From: Escherichia coli
GTDB taxonomy: Bacteria; Pseudomonadota; Gammaproteobacteria; Enterobacterales; Enterobacteriaceae
Assembly: GCF_030013205.1 (NCBI RefSeq)
Contig: NZ_CP122648.1
Length of the DNA: 64,000 bases
Strand: one strand, 5' to 3'
Below are positions 45,790-59,337 of the stretch, piece after piece. The position numbers were made by a program, and so were the translations under genes. Below the pieces are notes generated by a model. It worked only from the letters and a program-made list of their open reading frames with translations. It ran no database searches and was not told the origin of the DNA. The first letter of the stretch is position 1. Each line of letters starts with the position of its first letter.

Positions 45790-46530
45790 ATGTCTATAGA
45801 CTGGAACTGGGGTATTTTTTTACAACAAGCCCCGTTCGGCAACACCACCTATCTTGGTTGGATCTGGAGTGGTTTTCAGGTGACGATCGCTTTGTCGATC
45901 TGCGCCTGGATTATCGCTTTCCTCGTCGGTTCATTTTTCGGCATTTTACGTACCGTTCCAAACCGTTTTCTCTCCGGTCTGGGTACGTTGTATGTCGAAC
46001 TGTTCCGCAACGTGCCGTTGATTGTGCAATTCTTTACCTGGTATCTGGTGATCCCGGAGCTGTTGCCGGAGAAAATCGGCATGTGGTTTAAGGCCGAGCT
46101 GGATCCCAATATTCAGTTTTTCCTTTCATCCATGCTTTGCCTGGGGCTGTTTACCGCCGCCCGTGTTTGCGAACAGGTACGCGCCGCGATTCAGTCGTTG
46201 CCGCGTGGGCAAAAGAATGCCGCGCTGGCAATGGGGCTGACGCTACCGCAGGCTTATCGCTACGTACTGCTGCCTAATGCTTATCGCGTTATCGTCCCGC
46301 CGATGACTTCCGAGATGATGAACCTGGTGAAAAACTCCGCCATCGCCTCGACTATCGGTCTGGTGGATATGGCAGCGCAGGCCGGTAAATTGCTTGATTA
46401 CTCAGCCCACGCCTGGGAGTCGTTTACCGCCATTACGCTTGCGTATGTGTTGATTAACGCTTTTATCATGCTGGTGATGACGCTGGTTGAACGTAAAGTT
46501 CGCCTGCCTGGCAACATGGGGGGCAAATAA
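45790..46530 (+). CDS. gltJ: GltJ, glutamate/aspartate ABC permease (246 aa)
   Basis: Track ORF; polar amino-acid permease; operon context. Confidence 0.95.
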
Positions 46531-47204
46531 TGTACGAGTTTGACTGGAGTTCCATTGTCCCTTCCCTGCCATATCTGCTCGACGGGCTGGTGATCACGCT
46601 GAAAATCACCGTCACAGCAGTCGTGATTGGTATTTTGTGGGGCACCATGCTGGCGGTGATGCGCTTATCCAGCTTCGCGCCTGTTGCGTGGTTTGCCAAA
46701 GCCTACGTTAACGTGTTCCGCTCGATTCCTTTAGTTATGGTTTTGCTGTGGTTTTACCTGATTGTGCCGGGTTTTCTGCAAAACGTGCTGGGATTATCGC
46801 CAAAAAATGATATCCGTTTAATTTCGGCAATGGTGGCGTTTTCGATGTTTGAAGCGGCCTACTATTCAGAGATTATCCGTGCCGGTATTCAAAGTATTTC
46901 CCGTGGTCAGTCTAGCGCCGCGCTGGCGTTGGGGATGACTCACTGGCAGTCGATGAAACTGATTATTCTGCCGCAGGCTTTCCGCGCGATGGTGCCGCTG
47001 CTGCTCACTCAGGGCATCGTACTGTTCCAGGATACCTCACTGGTGTATGTGTTATCTCTGGCCGATTTCTTCCGTACCGCTTCAACCATTGGTGAGCGTG
47101 ATGGTACGCAGGTCGAGATGATCCTGTTTGCCGGATTTGTTTATTTCGTTATTAGCCTTAGCGCGTCGTTGTTGGTCAGCTACTTGAAAAGAAGGACAGC
47201 TTAA
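46530..47204 (+). CDS. gltK: GltK, glutamate/aspartate ABC permease (224 aa)
   Basis: Track ORF; start overlaps gltJ stop. Confidence 0.95.
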
Positions 47205-47929
47205 TGATTACCCTGAAAAATGTTTCAAAATGGTATGGTCACTTTCAGGTGCTGACCGACTGCTCAACCGAAGTGAAAAAAGGCGAAGTGGTGGTGGTTT
47301 GCGGCCCGTCTGGTTCCGGCAAATCAACGCTGATTAAAACCGTCAACGGCCTCGAACCGGTGCAGCAAGGTGAAATTACCGTCGATGGCATCGTGGTTAA
47401 CGATAAGAAAACCGATCTGGCAAAGCTGCGTTCCCGCGTCGGGATGGTGTTCCAGCATTTCGAGTTGTTCCCCCATTTGTCGATTATTGAAAACCTGACC
47501 CTGGCGCAGGTGAAAGTGCTTAAACGCGATAAAGCACCCGCTCGTGAAAAAGCATTGAAATTGCTGGAGCGCGTGGGACTTTCCGCACATGCCAATAAAT
47601 TTCCGGCGCAGCTTTCCGGCGGTCAGCAACAGCGTGTGGCGATCGCTCGCGCATTGTGTATGGATCCTATTGCCATGCTGTTCGACGAACCGACATCGGC
47701 GCTGGATCCGGAGATGATCAACGAAGTGCTGGACGTAATGGTCGAACTGGCGAACGAAGGAATGACCATGATGGTGGTGACCCACGAAATGGGCTTTGCC
47801 CGTAAAGTGGCGAATCGGGTGATCTTTATGGACGAGGGTAAAATTGTCGAAGACTCGCCGAAAGACGCTTTCTTCGATGATCCGAAATCGGACCGCGCAA
47901 AAGACTTCCTCGCGAAAATCCTGCATTAA
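47204..47929 (+). CDS. gltL: GltL, glutamate/aspartate ABC ATP-binding protein (241 aa)
   Basis: Track ORF; Walker [10 protein letters not shown], signature LSGGQQQR. Confidence 0.96.
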   Translation: MITLKNVSKWYGHFQVLTDCSTEVKKGEVVVVCGPSGSGKSTLIKTVNGLEPVQQGEITVDGIVVNDKKTDLAKLRSRVGMVFQHFELFPHLSIIENLTLAQVKVLKRDKAPAREKALKLLERVGLSAHANKFPAQLSGGQQQRVAIARALCMDPIAMLFDEPTSALDPEMINEVLDVMVELANEGMTMMVVTHEMGFARKVANRVIFMDEGKIVEDSPKDAFFDDPKSDRAKDFLAKILH

Positions 47930-48046
47930 TCACTCTGGCGCGCATACCCAATTGCGCGCCATCTCACGCTTTATCGTTTCGCCCCTCGTATCTGTTACAT
48001 CCTGGCGTTACCCTTGTCGCAAAGAAGCACACAACAAGGAGCAACA

Positions 48047-48982
48047 ATGGCACTGCCAATTCTGTTAGATTGCGACCCAGGTCATGACGACGCTATCGCA
48101 ATAGTTCTCGCCCTCGCCTCACCAGAGCTTGATGTCAAAGCAATTACGTCTTCCGCCGGAAACCAGACACCAGAAAAAACCTTACGCAATGTTCTGCGTA
48201 TGCTGACCTTGCTTAATCGCACCGATATTCCGGTAGCAGGCGGCGCGGTAAAACCGTTAATGCGTGAGTTGATTATCGCGGACAATGTGCACGGCGAAAG
48301 CGGTCTCGACGGCCCGGCATTACCGGAACCGACGTTCGCACCGCAAAACTGTACGGCGGTAGAGCTGATGGCGAAAACACTACGTGAAAGTGCGGAACCT
48401 GTCACGATTGTTTCTACCGGACCGCAAACTAACGTTGCCTTGCTGCTCAATAGCCACCCGGAACTGCATAGCAAAATTGCCCGTATCGTGATTATGGGCG
48501 GTGCAATGGGGCTTGGTAACTGGACGCCTGCGGCTGAATTTAATATTTACGTTGACCCGGAAGCGGCAGAAATTGTCTTCCAGTCAGGGATCCCGGTGGT
48601 GATGGCCGGTCTGGATGTTACTCACAAAGCACAAATTCACGTTGAGGACACCGAGCGTTTCCGCGCCATTGGCAACCCTGTTTCAACCATTGTTGCCGAA
48701 CTGCTGGATTTCTTCCTCGAATATCATAAAGACGAAAAATGGGGCTTTGTCGGCGCACCGCTGCATGACCCATGCACCATCGCCTGGCTGTTAAAACCGG
48801 AGTTGTTTACCACTGTTGAGCGCTGGGTTGGCGTGGAAACACAAGGGAAATATACCCAGGGTATGACGGTTGTTGATTATTATTATCTGACCGGCAATAA
48901 ACCGAATGCTACTGTAATGGTCGATGTTGATCGTCAGGGCTTTGTTGATTTACTGGCTGATCGTCTGAAATTTTACGCTTAA
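48047..48982 (+). CDS. rihA: RihA, pyrimidine-specific ribonucleoside hydrolase (311 aa)
   Basis: Track ORF frame trimmed to [22 protein letters not shown] (nucleoside hydrolase DxDxxxDD motif). Confidence 0.95.
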   Translation: MALPILLDCDPGHDDAIAIVLALASPELDVKAITSSAGNQTPEKTLRNVLRMLTLLNRTDIPVAGGAVKPLMRELIIADNVHGESGLDGPALPEPTFAPQNCTAVELMAKTLRESAEPVTIVSTGPQTNVALLLNSHPELHSKIARIVIMGGAMGLGNWTPAAEFNIYVDPEAAEIVFQSGIPVVMAGLDVTHKAQIHVEDTERFRAIGNPVSTIVAELLDFFLEYHKDEKWGFVGAPLHDPCTIAWLLKPELFTTVERWVGVETQGKYTQGMTVVDYYYLTGNKPNATVMVDVDRQGFVDLLADRLKFYA

Positions 48983-49026
48983 TCACTCGCCGGATGACAT
49001 CACGCCATCCGGCACCACTCATTTCA

Positions 49027-49509
49027 TTAAGGCTCGAACGGGCGTCTCTGGAACTGGTCATGACCACATTTCGGGCATAGCGTCAGCACTTCCGGTGTAT
49101 AGATCGGGAGATGGAAGTGACATTTCTCGCAGACCAGATTTCCCAGCCCTACCACTTCTCCGCTGTGATAAACCCCGTGATGATTGAGGTCCTGGAAAAC
49201 TTCGCGCCATTCAAGCTGCGTTTTATCGGTGATGTCTGCCAGCTCCTGCCACAAGCTTTCTTTAATCACCCGCATAAAGACGCTGTCAGACTCTTCTTTC
49301 AGGCTCTCTTCATAGCTCATGGCGAACTCTTCCAGGTCACGTCTGACAGCTCGCGTCAGCTCATCGACTTCGGTTCGCGTTAACTCCCCTGTTTTTATTA
49401 CGCGCTCGCGCGCCTGTTCCACCAGTGCGTCGATATCACGTTCGCCATTGCGCAGGCGTTCGCTCAGTGACGCGACCAGTTCACGGTAATATTGAGCAAC
49501 CTTGTTCAT
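49027..49509 (-). CDS. ybeL: YbeL (DUF1451 zinc-ribbon protein, 160 aa)
   Basis: Track ORF; C-terminal CxxC...CxxC (CEKCHF...CPKCGH); convergent with rihA. Confidence 0.9.
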   Translation of the reverse strand: MNKVAQYYRELVASLSERLRNGERDIDALVEQARERVIKTGELTRTEVDELTRAVRRDLEEFAMSYEESLKEESDSVFMRVIKESLWQELADITDKTQLEWREVFQDLNHHGVYHSGEVVGLGNLVCEKCHFHLPIYTPEVLTLCPKCGHDQFQRRPFEP

Positions 49510-49744
49510 CGTTTCATCTCCCGGGTCGTTAACTGACTATAATAATAGACGTTCTTTGTTCCTTGCTTTGCTAATACGCCCACAAACTCTGTAAATTAAT
49601 GTATGAATAATCCGGGCATCATTTCAACGTCGAGTGCGCGAAAGGCTGTTTTGACGCGGACGTTTGGGCTATGCTATGCGGATCTGAAAAACCACCTCAA
49701 ACGCTACTTTTGTAGCCGTAATGAAAACAGGACCACTGGCTGCC

Positions 49745-52327
49745 ATGCAAGAGCAATACCGCCCGGAAGAGATAGAATCCAAAGTACAGCTTCATTGGGA
49801 TGAGAAGCGCACATTTGAAGTAACCGAAGACGAGAGCAAAGAGAAGTATTACTGCCTGTCTATGCTTCCCTATCCTTCTGGTCGACTACACATGGGCCAC
49901 GTACGTAACTACACCATTGGTGACGTGATCGCCCGCTACCAGCGTATGCTGGGCAAAAACGTCCTGCAGCCGATCGGCTGGGACGCGTTTGGTCTGCCTG
50001 CGGAAGGCGCGGCGGTGAAAAACAACACCGCACCGGCACCGTGGACGTACGACAACATCGCGTACATGAAAAACCAGCTCAAAATGCTGGGCTTTGGTTA
50101 TGACTGGAGCCGCGAGCTGGCAACCTGTACACCGGAATACTACCGTTGGGAACAGAAATTCTTCACCGAGCTGTATAAAAAAGGCCTGGTATATAAGAAG
50201 ACTTCTGCAGTCAACTGGTGCCCGAACGACCAGACCGTACTGGCGAACGAACAAGTTATCGACGGCTGCTGCTGGCGCTGCGATACCAAAGTTGAGCGTA
50301 AAGAGATCCCGCAATGGTTTATCAAAATCACTGCTTACGCTGACGAGCTGCTCAACGATCTGGATAAACTGGATCACTGGCCAGACACCGTTAAAACAAT
50401 GCAGCGTAACTGGATCGGTCGTTCCGAAGGCGTGGAAATCACCTTCAACGTTAACGACTATGACAACACGCTGACCGTTTACACTACCCGCCCGGACACC
50501 TTTATGGGTTGTACCTACCTGGCGGTAGCGGCGGGTCATCCGCTGGCGCAGAAAGCGGCGGAAAATAATCCTGAACTGGCGGCCTTTATTGACGAATGCC
50601 GTAACACCAAAGTTGCCGAAGCTGAAATGGCAACGATGGAGAAAAAAGGCGTCGATACTGGCTTTAAAGCGGTTCACCCATTAACGGGCGAAGAAATTCC
50701 CGTTTGGGCAGCAAACTTCGTATTGATGGAGTACGGCACGGGCGCAGTTATGGCGGTTCCGGGTCACGACCAGCGCGACTACGAGTTTGCCTCTAAATAC
50801 GGCCTGAACATCAAACCGGTTATCCTGGCAGCTGACGGCTCTGAGCCAGATCTTTCTCAGCAAGCCCTGACTGAAAAAGGCGTTCTGTTCAACTCTGGCG
50901 AGTTCAACGGTCTTGACCATGAAGCGGCCTTCAACGCTATCGCCGATAAACTGACTGCGATGGGCGTTGGCGAGCGTAAAGTGAACTACCGCCTGCGCGA
51001 CTGGGGTGTTTCCCGTCAACGTTACTGGGGCGCGCCGATTCCGATGGTGACGCTGGAAGACGGTACCGTAATGCCGACCCCGGACGACCAGCTGCCGGTG
51101 ATCCTGCCGGAAGATGTGGTGATGGACGGTATTACCAGCCCGATTAAAGCAGATCCGGAGTGGGCAAAAACTACCGTTAACGGTATGCCAGCGCTGCGTG
51201 AAACCGACACTTTCGACACCTTTATGGAGTCCTCCTGGTACTATGCGCGCTACACTTGCCCGGAGTACAAAGAAGGTATGCTGGATTCCAAAGCGGCTAA
51301 CTACTGGCTGCCGGTGGATATCTACATTGGTGGTATCGAACACGCCATTATGCACCTGCTCTACTTCCGCTTCTTCCACAAACTGATGCGTGATGCAGGC
51401 ATGGTGAACTCTGACGAACCAGCGAAACAGTTACTGTGTCAGGGTATGGTGCTGGCAGATGCCTTCTACTATGTTGGCGAAAACGGCGAACGTAACTGGG
51501 TTTCCCCGGTTGATGCTATCGTTGAACGTGACGAGAAAGGCCGTATCGTGAAAGCGAAAGATGCGGCAGGCCATGAACTGGTTTATACCGGCATGAGCAA
51601 AATGTCCAAGTCGAAGAACAACGGTATCGACCCGCAGGTGATGGTTGAACGTTACGGCGCGGACACCGTTCGTCTGTTTATGATGTTTGCTTCTCCGGCT
51701 GATATGACTCTCGAATGGCAGGAATCCGGCGTGGAAGGGGCTAACCGCTTCCTGAAACGTGTCTGGAAACTGGTGTACGAGCACACAGCAAAAGGTGATG
51801 TTGCGGCACTGAACGTTGATGCACTGACTGAAGATCAGAAAGCGCTGCGTCGCGATGTGCATAAAACTATCGCTAAAGTGACCGATGATATCGGCCGTCG
51901 TCAGACCTTCAACACCGCAATTGCGGCGATTATGGAGCTGATGAACAAACTGGCGAAAGCACCGACCGATGGCGAGCAGGATCGCGCTCTGATGCAGGAA
52001 GCGCTGCTGGCCGTTGTCCGTATGCTTAACCCGTTCACCCCGCACATCTGCTTCACGCTGTGGCAGGAACTGAAAGGCGAAGGCGATATCGACAACGCAC
52101 CGTGGCCGGTTGCTGACGAAAAAGCGATGGTGGAAGACTCCACGCTGGTCGTGGTGCAGGTTAACGGTAAAGTCCGTGCAAAAATCACCGTTCCGGTGGA
52201 CGCAACGGAAGAACAGGTTCGCGAACGTGCTGGCCAGGAACATCTGGTAGCAAAATATCTTGATGGCGTTACCGTGCGTAAAGTGATTTACGTACCAGGT
52301 AAACTCCTCAATCTGGTCGTTGGCTAA
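49745..52327 (+). CDS. leuS: Leucyl-tRNA synthetase (860 aa)
   Basis: Track ORF frame trimmed to [25 protein letters not shown] and KMSKS motifs. Confidence 0.97.
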   Translation: MQEQYRPEEIESKVQLHWDEKRTFEVTEDESKEKYYCLSMLPYPSGRLHMGHVRNYTIGDVIARYQRMLGKNVLQPIGWDAFGLPAEGAAVKNNTAPAPWTYDNIAYMKNQLKMLGFGYDWSRELATCTPEYYRWEQKFFTELYKKGLVYKKTSAVNWCPNDQTVLANEQVIDGCCWRCDTKVERKEIPQWFIKITAYADELLNDLDKLDHWPDTVKTMQRNWIGRSEGVEITFNVNDYDNTLTVYTTRPDTFMGCTYLAVAAGHPLAQKAAENNPELAAFIDECRNTKVAEAEMATMEKKGVDTGFKAVHPLTGEEIPVWAANFVLMEYGTGAVMAVPGHDQRDYEFASKYGLNIKPVILAADGSEPDLSQQALTEKGVLFNSGEFNGLDHEAAFNAIADKLTAMGVGERKVNYRLRDWGVSRQRYWGAPIPMVTLEDGTVMPTPDDQLPVILPEDVVMDGITSPIKADPEWAKTTVNGMPALRETDTFDTFMESSWYYARYTCPEYKEGMLDSKAANYWLPVDIYIGGIEHAIMHLLYFRFFHKLMRDAGMVNSDEPAKQLLCQGMVLADAFYYVGENGERNWVSPVDAIVERDEKGRIVKAKDAAGHELVYTGMSKMSKSKNNGIDPQVMVERYGADTVRLFMMFASPADMTLEWQESGVEGANRFLKRVWKLVYEHTAKGDVAALNVDALTEDQKALRRDVHKTIAKVTDDIGRRQTFNTAIAAIMELMNKLAKAPTDGEQDRALMQEALLAVVRMLNPFTPHICFTLWQELKGEGDIDNAPWPVADEKAMVEDSTLVVVQVNGKVRAKITVPVDATEEQVRERAGQEHLVAKYLDGVTVRKVIYVPGKLLNLVVG

Positions 52328-52341
52328 GCGCGGGAGGAAGC

Positions 52342-52923
52342 GTGCGATATCTGGCAACATTGTTGTTATCTCTGGCGGTGTTAATCACCGCCGGGTGTGG
52401 CTGGCATCTGCGTGATACCACGCAGGTTCCTTCCACTATGAAGGTCATGATCCTGGACTCAGGCGATCCGAACGGGCCATTAAGCCGTGCGGTGCGTAAC
52501 CAGTTACGTCTGAATGGTGTCGAGTTGCTTGATAAAGAAACCACGCGTAAGGACGTTCCATCCCTGCGTTTGGGTAAAGTGAGCATCGCGAAAGATACCG
52601 CATCGGTATTCCGTAACGGTCAAACAGCAGAGTATCAGATGATCATGACGGTCAATGCGACCGTGTTGATCCCCGGCCGTGACATCTACCCGATTAGCGC
52701 CAAAGTCTTCCGTTCGTTCTTCGATAACCCGCAAATGGCGTTAGCGAAAGATAACGAACAAGACATGATCGTAAAAGAGATGTACGACCGTGCTGCCGAA
52801 CAGCTGATTCGTAAGCTGCCAAGCATCCGTGCTGCGGATATTCGTTCCGACGAAGAACAGACGTCGACCACAACGGATACTCCGGCAACGCCTGCACGCG
52901 TCTCTACCACGCTGGGTAACTGA
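52342..52923 (+). CDS. lptE: LptE (RlpB), LPS-assembly lipoprotein (193 aa)
   Basis: Track [24 protein letters not shown] (lipobox ITAGC). Confidence 0.95.
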
Positions 52924-53954
52924 TGATTCGGTTGTACCCGGAACAACTCCGCGCGCAGCTCAATGAAGGGCTGCGCACGGCGTATCTTTTACTTGGTAAC
53001 GATCCTCTGTTATTGCAGGAAAGCCAGGACGCTATTCGTCAGGTAGCTGCGGTACAAGGATTCGAAGAACACCACACTTTTTCCATTGATCCCAACACTG
53101 ACTGGAATGCGATCTTTTCGTTATGCCAGGCCATGAGTCTGTTTGCCAGTCGACAAACGCTATTGCTGTTGTTACCAGAAAACGGACCGAATGCGGCGAT
53201 CAATGAACAACTTCTCACACTCACCGGACTTCTGCATGACGACCTGCTGTTGATCGTCCGCGGTAATAAATTAAGCAAAGCGCAAGAAAATGCCGCCTGG
53301 TTTACTGCTCTTGCGAATCGCAGCGTGCAGGTGACCTGTCAGACACCGGAGCAGGCTCAGCTTCCCCGCTGGGTTGCTGCGCGCGCAAAACAGCTCAACT
53401 TAGAACTGGATGACGCGGCGAATCAGGTGCTCTGCTACTGTTATGAAGGTAACCTGCTGGCGCTGGCTCAGGCACTGGAGCGTTTATCGCTACTCTGGCC
53501 AGACGGCAAACTGACATTACCTCGCGTTGAACAGGCGGTGAATGATGCCGCGCATTTCACCCCTTTTCATTGGGTTGATGCTTTGTTGATGGGAAAAAGT
53601 AAGCGCGCGTTGCATATTCTTCAGCAACTGCGTCTGGAAGGCAGCGAACCGGTTATTTTGTTGCGCACATTACAACGTGAACTGTTGTTACTGGTTAACC
53701 TGAAACGCCAGTCTGCCCATACGCCACTGCGTGCGTTGTTTGATAAGCATCGGGTATGGCAGAACCGCCGGGGCATGATGGGCGAGGCGTTAAATCGCTT
53801 AAGCCAGCCGCAGTTACGTCAGGCCGTGCAACTCCTGACACGAACGGAACTCACCCTCAAACAAGATTACGGTCAGTCAGTGTGGGCAGAGCTGGAAGGG
53901 TTATCTCTTCTGTTGTGCCATAAACCCCTGGCGGACGTATTTATCGACGGTTGA
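52923..53954 (+). CDS. holA: HolA, DNA polymerase III delta subunit (343 aa)
   Basis: Track [33 protein letters not shown]...; start overlaps lptE stop. Confidence 0.96.
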
Positions 53955-53955
53955 T

Positions 53956-54597
53956 ATGAAATCTTTACAGGCTCTGTTTGGCGGCACCTTTGATCCGGTG
54001 CACTATGGACATCTTAAACCCGTGGAAACGCTGGCGAATTTGATTGGTCTGACGCGGGTCACAATCATCCCTAATAATGTTCCTCCGCATCGTCCCCAGC
54101 CGGAAGCGAACAGCGTGCAGCGTAAACACATGCTTGAACTGGCGATTGCCGACAAGCCATTATTTACTCTTGATGAACGCGAGCTAAAGCGCAATGCCCC
54201 CTCTTACACTGCGCAAACACTGAAAGAGTGGCGGCAGGAACAAGGGCCAGACGTGCCGCTGGCGTTTATTATAGGTCAGGATTCACTGCTGACCTTTCCG
54301 ACCTGGTACGAATACGAAACGATACTCGACAATGCACATTTGATCGTCTGTCGGCGTCCAGGTTACCCACTTGAAATGGCGCAACCGCAATACCAGCAAT
54401 GGCTGGAAGATCATTTGACACATAACCCGGAAGATCTTCACCTTCAGCCTGCCGGTAAAATTTATCTGGCTGAAACGCCGTGGTTTAACATCTCGGCGAC
54501 CATCATCCGCGAACGTTTGCAAAACGGTGAATCGTGTGAGGATTTATTGCCGGAACCGGTACTGACTTACATTAACCAACAAGGCTTGTATCGCTGA
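53956..54597 (+). CDS. nadD: NadD, nicotinate-mononucleotide adenylyltransferase (213 aa)
   Basis: Track [14 protein letters not shown] nucleotidyltransferase motif. Confidence 0.96.
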
Positions 54598-54620
54598 TAC
54601 CTGTCGTTACGGAGGGCATG

Positions 54621-55232
54621 ATGCGACTGTGGTTAATTCGTCATGGTGAAACGCAAGCGAATATCGATGGTCTGTACAGCGGTCATGCTCCCACACCCCT
54701 GACTGCGCGCGGTATTGAGCAAGCGCAAAATCTGCATACGCTGCTACATGGTGTTTCCTTTGACCTGGTTTTATGCAGTGAACTGGAACGGGCACAGCAT
54801 ACCGCGCGACGGGTTCTCAGTGATCGCCAGCTTCCCGTGCAAATCATCCCTGAACTCAACGAAATGTTTTTTGGCGACTGGGAGATGCGACATCATCGCG
54901 ACCTCATGCAAGAAGATGCCGAAAACTATAGCGCGTGGTGCAATGACTGGCAGCATGCTATCCCCACGAACGGTGAAGGATTTCAGGCATTTTCACAACG
55001 TGTGGAACGGTTTATCGCAAGGCTTAGTGAATTTCAGCACTATCAGAATATTTTAGTCGTCAGCCATCAGGGTGTACTGAGTCTGTTAATCGCCCGTTTA
55101 ATTGGTATGCCTGCCGAAGCTATGTGGCATTTTCGCGTTGACCAGGGGTGTTGGAGCGCCATTGATATCAACCAAAAATTCGCGACGCTACGCGTCCTCA
55201 ATAGCCGTGCCATCGGGGTCGAGAATGCATGA
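54621..55232 (+). CDS. cobC: CobC/PhpB, alpha-ribazole phosphatase (203 aa)
   Basis: Track ORF frame trimmed to MRLWLIRHGETQAN (histidine phosphatase RHG motif). Confidence 0.93.
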   Translation: MRLWLIRHGETQANIDGLYSGHAPTPLTARGIEQAQNLHTLLHGVSFDLVLCSELERAQHTARRVLSDRQLPVQIIPELNEMFFGDWEMRHHRDLMQEDAENYSAWCNDWQHAIPTNGEGFQAFSQRVERFIARLSEFQHYQNILVVSHQGVLSLLIARLIGMPAEAMWHFRVDQGCWSAIDINQKFATLRVLNSRAIGVENA

Positions 55233-55473
55233 CTTTTCTGTTTTTTTACGGGTAAGCCGCAACGACCATTGACAGCCCCGGGCAGGCTGATATTCTCCGC
55301 AGCCAGACTTTTTTCGCCAGACACGACTTTGTAGAAATTGTTTTACAAAAATGGCGATGCAATCTGCGGCGCGGGGTGGGATGATAGCCCACTTTCGAAA
55401 GCCGATTCGGCGACAATTGTCCCGAAATCGCCTCTGGTTCAGGTATACTGACAGACCATTTTTATCTATTTGA

Positions 55474-55809
<336 letters not shown>

Positions 55810-55812
55810 TGC

Positions 55813-56280
55813 GTGAAGCTGCAACTTGTCGCCGTGGGAACGAAAATGCCGGACTGGGTACAAACCGGTTTTACCGAGTACCTGCGTCGTTTTCCGAAAG
55901 ATATGCCCTTCGAGCTGATTGAAATTCCGGCCGGAAAACGCGGCAAGAATGCGGACATCAAGCGCATACTCGACAAAGAGGGTGAGCAGATGTTGGCGGC
56001 CGCAGGCAAAAACCGCATTGTCACCCTCGATATTCCAGGCAAGCCCTGGGATACGCCGCAGTTAGCCGCTGAGCTGGAACGCTGGAAGCTGGATGGTCGC
56101 GACGTCAGTCTACTGATTGGCGGGCCTGAAGGGTTGTCGCCTGCCTGTAAAGCGGCGGCGGAGCAGAGCTGGTCGCTGTCGGCGCTTACCCTCCCCCATC
56201 CGTTGGTTCGCGTGCTGGTCGCAGAGAGTCTGTACCGGGCGTGGAGCATCACCACCAACCATCCTTATCACCGTGAGTGA
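55813..56280 (+). CDS. rlmH: RlmH (YbeA), 23S rRNA m3-pseudouridine1915 methyltransferase (155 aa)
   Basis: Track ORF (GTG start) [20 protein letters not shown]... Confidence 0.95.
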
Positions 56281-56310
56281 TAAGGGAGCTTTGAGTAGAA
56301 AACGCAGCGG

Positions 56311-58212
56311 ATGAAACTACAGAACTCTTTTCGCGACTATACGGCAGAGTCCGCGCTGTTTGTGCGCCGGGCGCTGGTCGCCTTTTTGGGGATTTTGCTG
56401 CTGACCGGCGTGCTTATCGCCAACCTGTATAATCTGCAAATTGTTCGCTTTACCGATTACCAGACCCGCTCTAATGAAAACCGCATTAAACTGGTGCCTA
56501 TCGCGCCCAGCCGCGGCATTATCTACGACCGTAACGGTATCCCTCTGGCACTTAACCGCACTATCTACCAGATAGAGATGATGCCGGAGAAAGTCGATAA
56601 CGTGCAGCAAACGCTGGACGCTTTGCGCAGCGTGGTAGATCTGACCGATGACGATATTGCTGCATTCCGAAAAGAGCGCGCACGTTCACACCGTTTCACC
56701 TCCATTCCGGTGAAAACTAACCTGACCGAAGTACAAGTGGCGCGCTTTGCCGTCAATCAGTACCGTTTTCCGGGTGTTGAAGTTAAAGGCTATAAACGTC
56801 GTTACTATCCTTACGGTTCGGCGTTGACCCACGTCATCGGCTATGTGTCGAAAATCAACGATAAAGACGTCGAACGCCTGAATAATGACGGCAAACTGGC
56901 CAACTATGCGGCAACGCATGATATAGGTAAGCTGGGCATTGAGCGTTACTATGAAGACGTGCTGCACGGTCAGACTGGTTATGAAGAGGTTGAAGTTAAC
57001 AACCGTGGGCGTGTTATCCGCCAGTTAAAAGAAGTACCACCGCAAGCCGGACACGATATTTACCTGACGCTGGATCTCAAACTCCAGCAATATATTGAAA
57101 CGCTGCTGGCGGGTAGCCGCGCAGCTGTGGTAGTCACCGATCCGCGTACAGGTGGGGTGCTGGCGCTGGTTTCCACGCCTAGTTATGACCCAAACCTATT
57201 TGTTGACGGTATCTCCAGCAAAGATTATTCCGCCTTGCTGAACGACCCGAATACACCGCTGGTGAACCGCGCCACACAGGGGGTTTATCCTCCCGCGTCT
57301 ACAGTTAAACCCTATGTGGCGGTTTCGGCATTGAGCGCCGGAGTGATCACGCGCAATACGACGCTGTTTGACCCAGGCTGGTGGCAACTGCCAGGTTCGG
57401 AAAAACGTTATCGTGACTGGAAAAAATGGGGCCACGGGCGTCTGAATGTCACAAGATCGCTGGAAGAATCTGCGGATACCTTCTTCTATCAGGTGGCCTA
57501 CGATATGGGAATCGATCGCCTCTCCGAATGGATGGGTAAATTCGGTTATGGTCATTACACCGGTATCGACCTGGCGGAAGAACGTTCCGGCAACATGCCT
57601 ACCCGCGAATGGAAACAGAAACGCTTTAAAAAACCGTGGTATCAGGGTGACACCATTCCGGTTGGTATCGGTCAGGGTTACTGGACAGCGACCCCAATCC
57701 AGATGAGTAAGGCACTGATGATCCTGATTAATGACGGTATCGTGAAGGTTCCGCATTTGCTGATGAGCACCGCCGAAGACGGCAAACAGGTGCCATGGGT
57801 ACAACCGCATGAACCGCCCGTCGGCGATATTCATTCCGGTTACTGGGAGCTGGCAAAAGACGGTATGTACGGTGTTGCTAACCGCCCTAACGGTACGGCG
57901 CATAAATACTTTGCCAGCGCACCGTACAAAATTGCGGCGAAATCTGGTACAGCTCAGGTCTTCGGTCTGAAAGCGAACGAAACCTATAATGCGCACAAAA
58001 TTGCCGAGCGTTTACGTGACCACAAACTGATGACTGCCTTTGCGCCATACAACAATCCGCAAGTGGCTGTCGCCATGATTCTGGAGAACGGTGGCGCGGG
58101 TCCAGCGGTTGGTACGCTGATGCGCCAGATCCTCGACCACATTATGCTGGGTGATAACAACACCGATCTGCCTGCGGAAAATCCAGCGGTTGCCGCAGCG
58201 GAGGACCATTAA
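56311..58212 (+). CDS. mrdA: MrdA, penicillin-binding protein 2 (633 aa)
   Basis: Track ORF; transpeptidase motifs STVK, SGT and KSGT. Confidence 0.97.
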   Translation: MKLQNSFRDYTAESALFVRRALVAFLGILLLTGVLIANLYNLQIVRFTDYQTRSNENRIKLVPIAPSRGIIYDRNGIPLALNRTIYQIEMMPEKVDNVQQTLDALRSVVDLTDDDIAAFRKERARSHRFTSIPVKTNLTEVQVARFAVNQYRFPGVEVKGYKRRYYPYGSALTHVIGYVSKINDKDVERLNNDGKLANYAATHDIGKLGIERYYEDVLHGQTGYEEVEVNNRGRVIRQLKEVPPQAGHDIYLTLDLKLQQYIETLLAGSRAAVVVTDPRTGGVLALVSTPSYDPNLFVDGISSKDYSALLNDPNTPLVNRATQGVYPPASTVKPYVAVSALSAGVITRNTTLFDPGWWQLPGSEKRYRDWKKWGHGRLNVTRSLEESADTFFYQVAYDMGIDRLSEWMGKFGYGHYTGIDLAEERSGNMPTREWKQKRFKKPWYQGDTIPVGIGQGYWTATPIQMSKALMILINDGIVKVPHLLMSTAEDGKQVPWVQPHEPPVGDIHSGYWELAKDGMYGVANRPNGTAHKYFASAPYKIAAKSGTAQVFGLKANETYNAHKIAERLRDHKLMTAFAPYNNPQVAVAMILENGGAGPAVGTLMRQILDHIMLGDNNTDLPAENPAVAAAEDH

Positions 58213-58214
58213 TC

Positions 58215-59327
58215 ATGACGGATAATCCGAATAAAAAAACATTCTGGGATAAAGTCCATCTCGATCCCACAATGCTGCTGATCTTACTGGCATTGCTGGT
58301 TTACAGCGCCCTGGTTATCTGGAGCGCCAGCGGTCAGGATATTGGCATGATGGAGCGTAAAATCGGCCAAATCGCGATGGGTCTGGTCATCATGGTGGTG
58401 ATGGCGCAAATTCCTCCACGCGTTTATGAAGGCTGGGCCCCCTATCTCTATATCATCTGTATTATTTTGCTGGTGGCAGTAGATGCTTTTGGTGCCATCT
58501 CTAAAGGCGCTCAACGCTGGCTGGACCTCGGTATCGTTCGTTTTCAGCCGTCGGAAATTGCCAAAATAGCCGTACCACTGATGGTAGCGCGCTTTATCAA
58601 CCGCGACGTTTGCCCGCCATCGTTGAAGAACACTGGCATCGCGCTGGTGCTGATATTTATGCCCACGCTGCTGGTGGCTGCACAGCCTGACCTGGGAACA
58701 TCAATCCTCGTTGCGCTTTCCGGTCTGTTTGTACTGTTCCTCTCTGGCCTTAGCTGGCGTCTGATTGGCGTCGCAGTAGTGCTGGTAGCGGCGTTCATTC
58801 CGATTCTGTGGTTCTTCCTGATGCATGATTACCAGCGCCAGCGCGTAATGATGCTCCTGGACCCGGAATCAGACCCACTCGGCGCGGGCTATCACATTAT
58901 TCAGTCTAAAATTGCTATTGGCTCCGGCGGATTACGCGGCAAAGGCTGGCTGCACGGCACTCAGTCACAACTTGAATTTCTCCCCGAACGCCATACCGAC
59001 TTTATCTTCGCGGTACTGGCGGAAGAGCTGGGATTAGTGGGCATTTTGATTCTGCTCGCTCTCTACATTCTGCTGATCATGCGCGGGCTGTGGATAGCCG
59101 CCAGAGCGCAAACCACCTTTGGTCGCGTCATGGCTGGCGGCTTAATGCTGATATTATTCGTTTATGTCTTCGTAAATATTGGTATGGTAAGCGGTATTCT
59201 GCCGGTTGTAGGGGTTCCGCTCCCACTGGTCAGTTATGGAGGATCGGCGCTAATTGTGCTGATGGCTGGGTTCGGGATTGTAATGTCAATCCACACCCAC
59301 AGGAAAATGTTGTCGAAAAGCGTGTAA
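58215..59327 (+). CDS. mrdB: MrdB/RodA, SEDS-family peptidoglycan polymerase (370 aa)
   Basis: Track ORF; polytopic membrane protein directly after mrdA. Confidence 0.97.
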   Translation: MTDNPNKKTFWDKVHLDPTMLLILLALLVYSALVIWSASGQDIGMMERKIGQIAMGLVIMVVMAQIPPRVYEGWAPYLYIICIILLVAVDAFGAISKGAQRWLDLGIVRFQPSEIAKIAVPLMVARFINRDVCPPSLKNTGIALVLIFMPTLLVAAQPDLGTSILVALSGLFVLFLSGLSWRLIGVAVVLVAAFIPILWFFLMHDYQRQRVMMLLDPESDPLGAGYHIIQSKIAIGSGGLRGKGWLHGTQSQLEFLPERHTDFIFAVLAEELGLVGILILLALYILLIMRGLWIAARAQTTFGRVMAGGLMLILFVYVFVNIGMVSGILPVVGVPLPLVSYGGSALIVLMAGFGIVMSIHTHRKMLSKSV

Positions 59328-59337
59328 GAGGTGCGCA

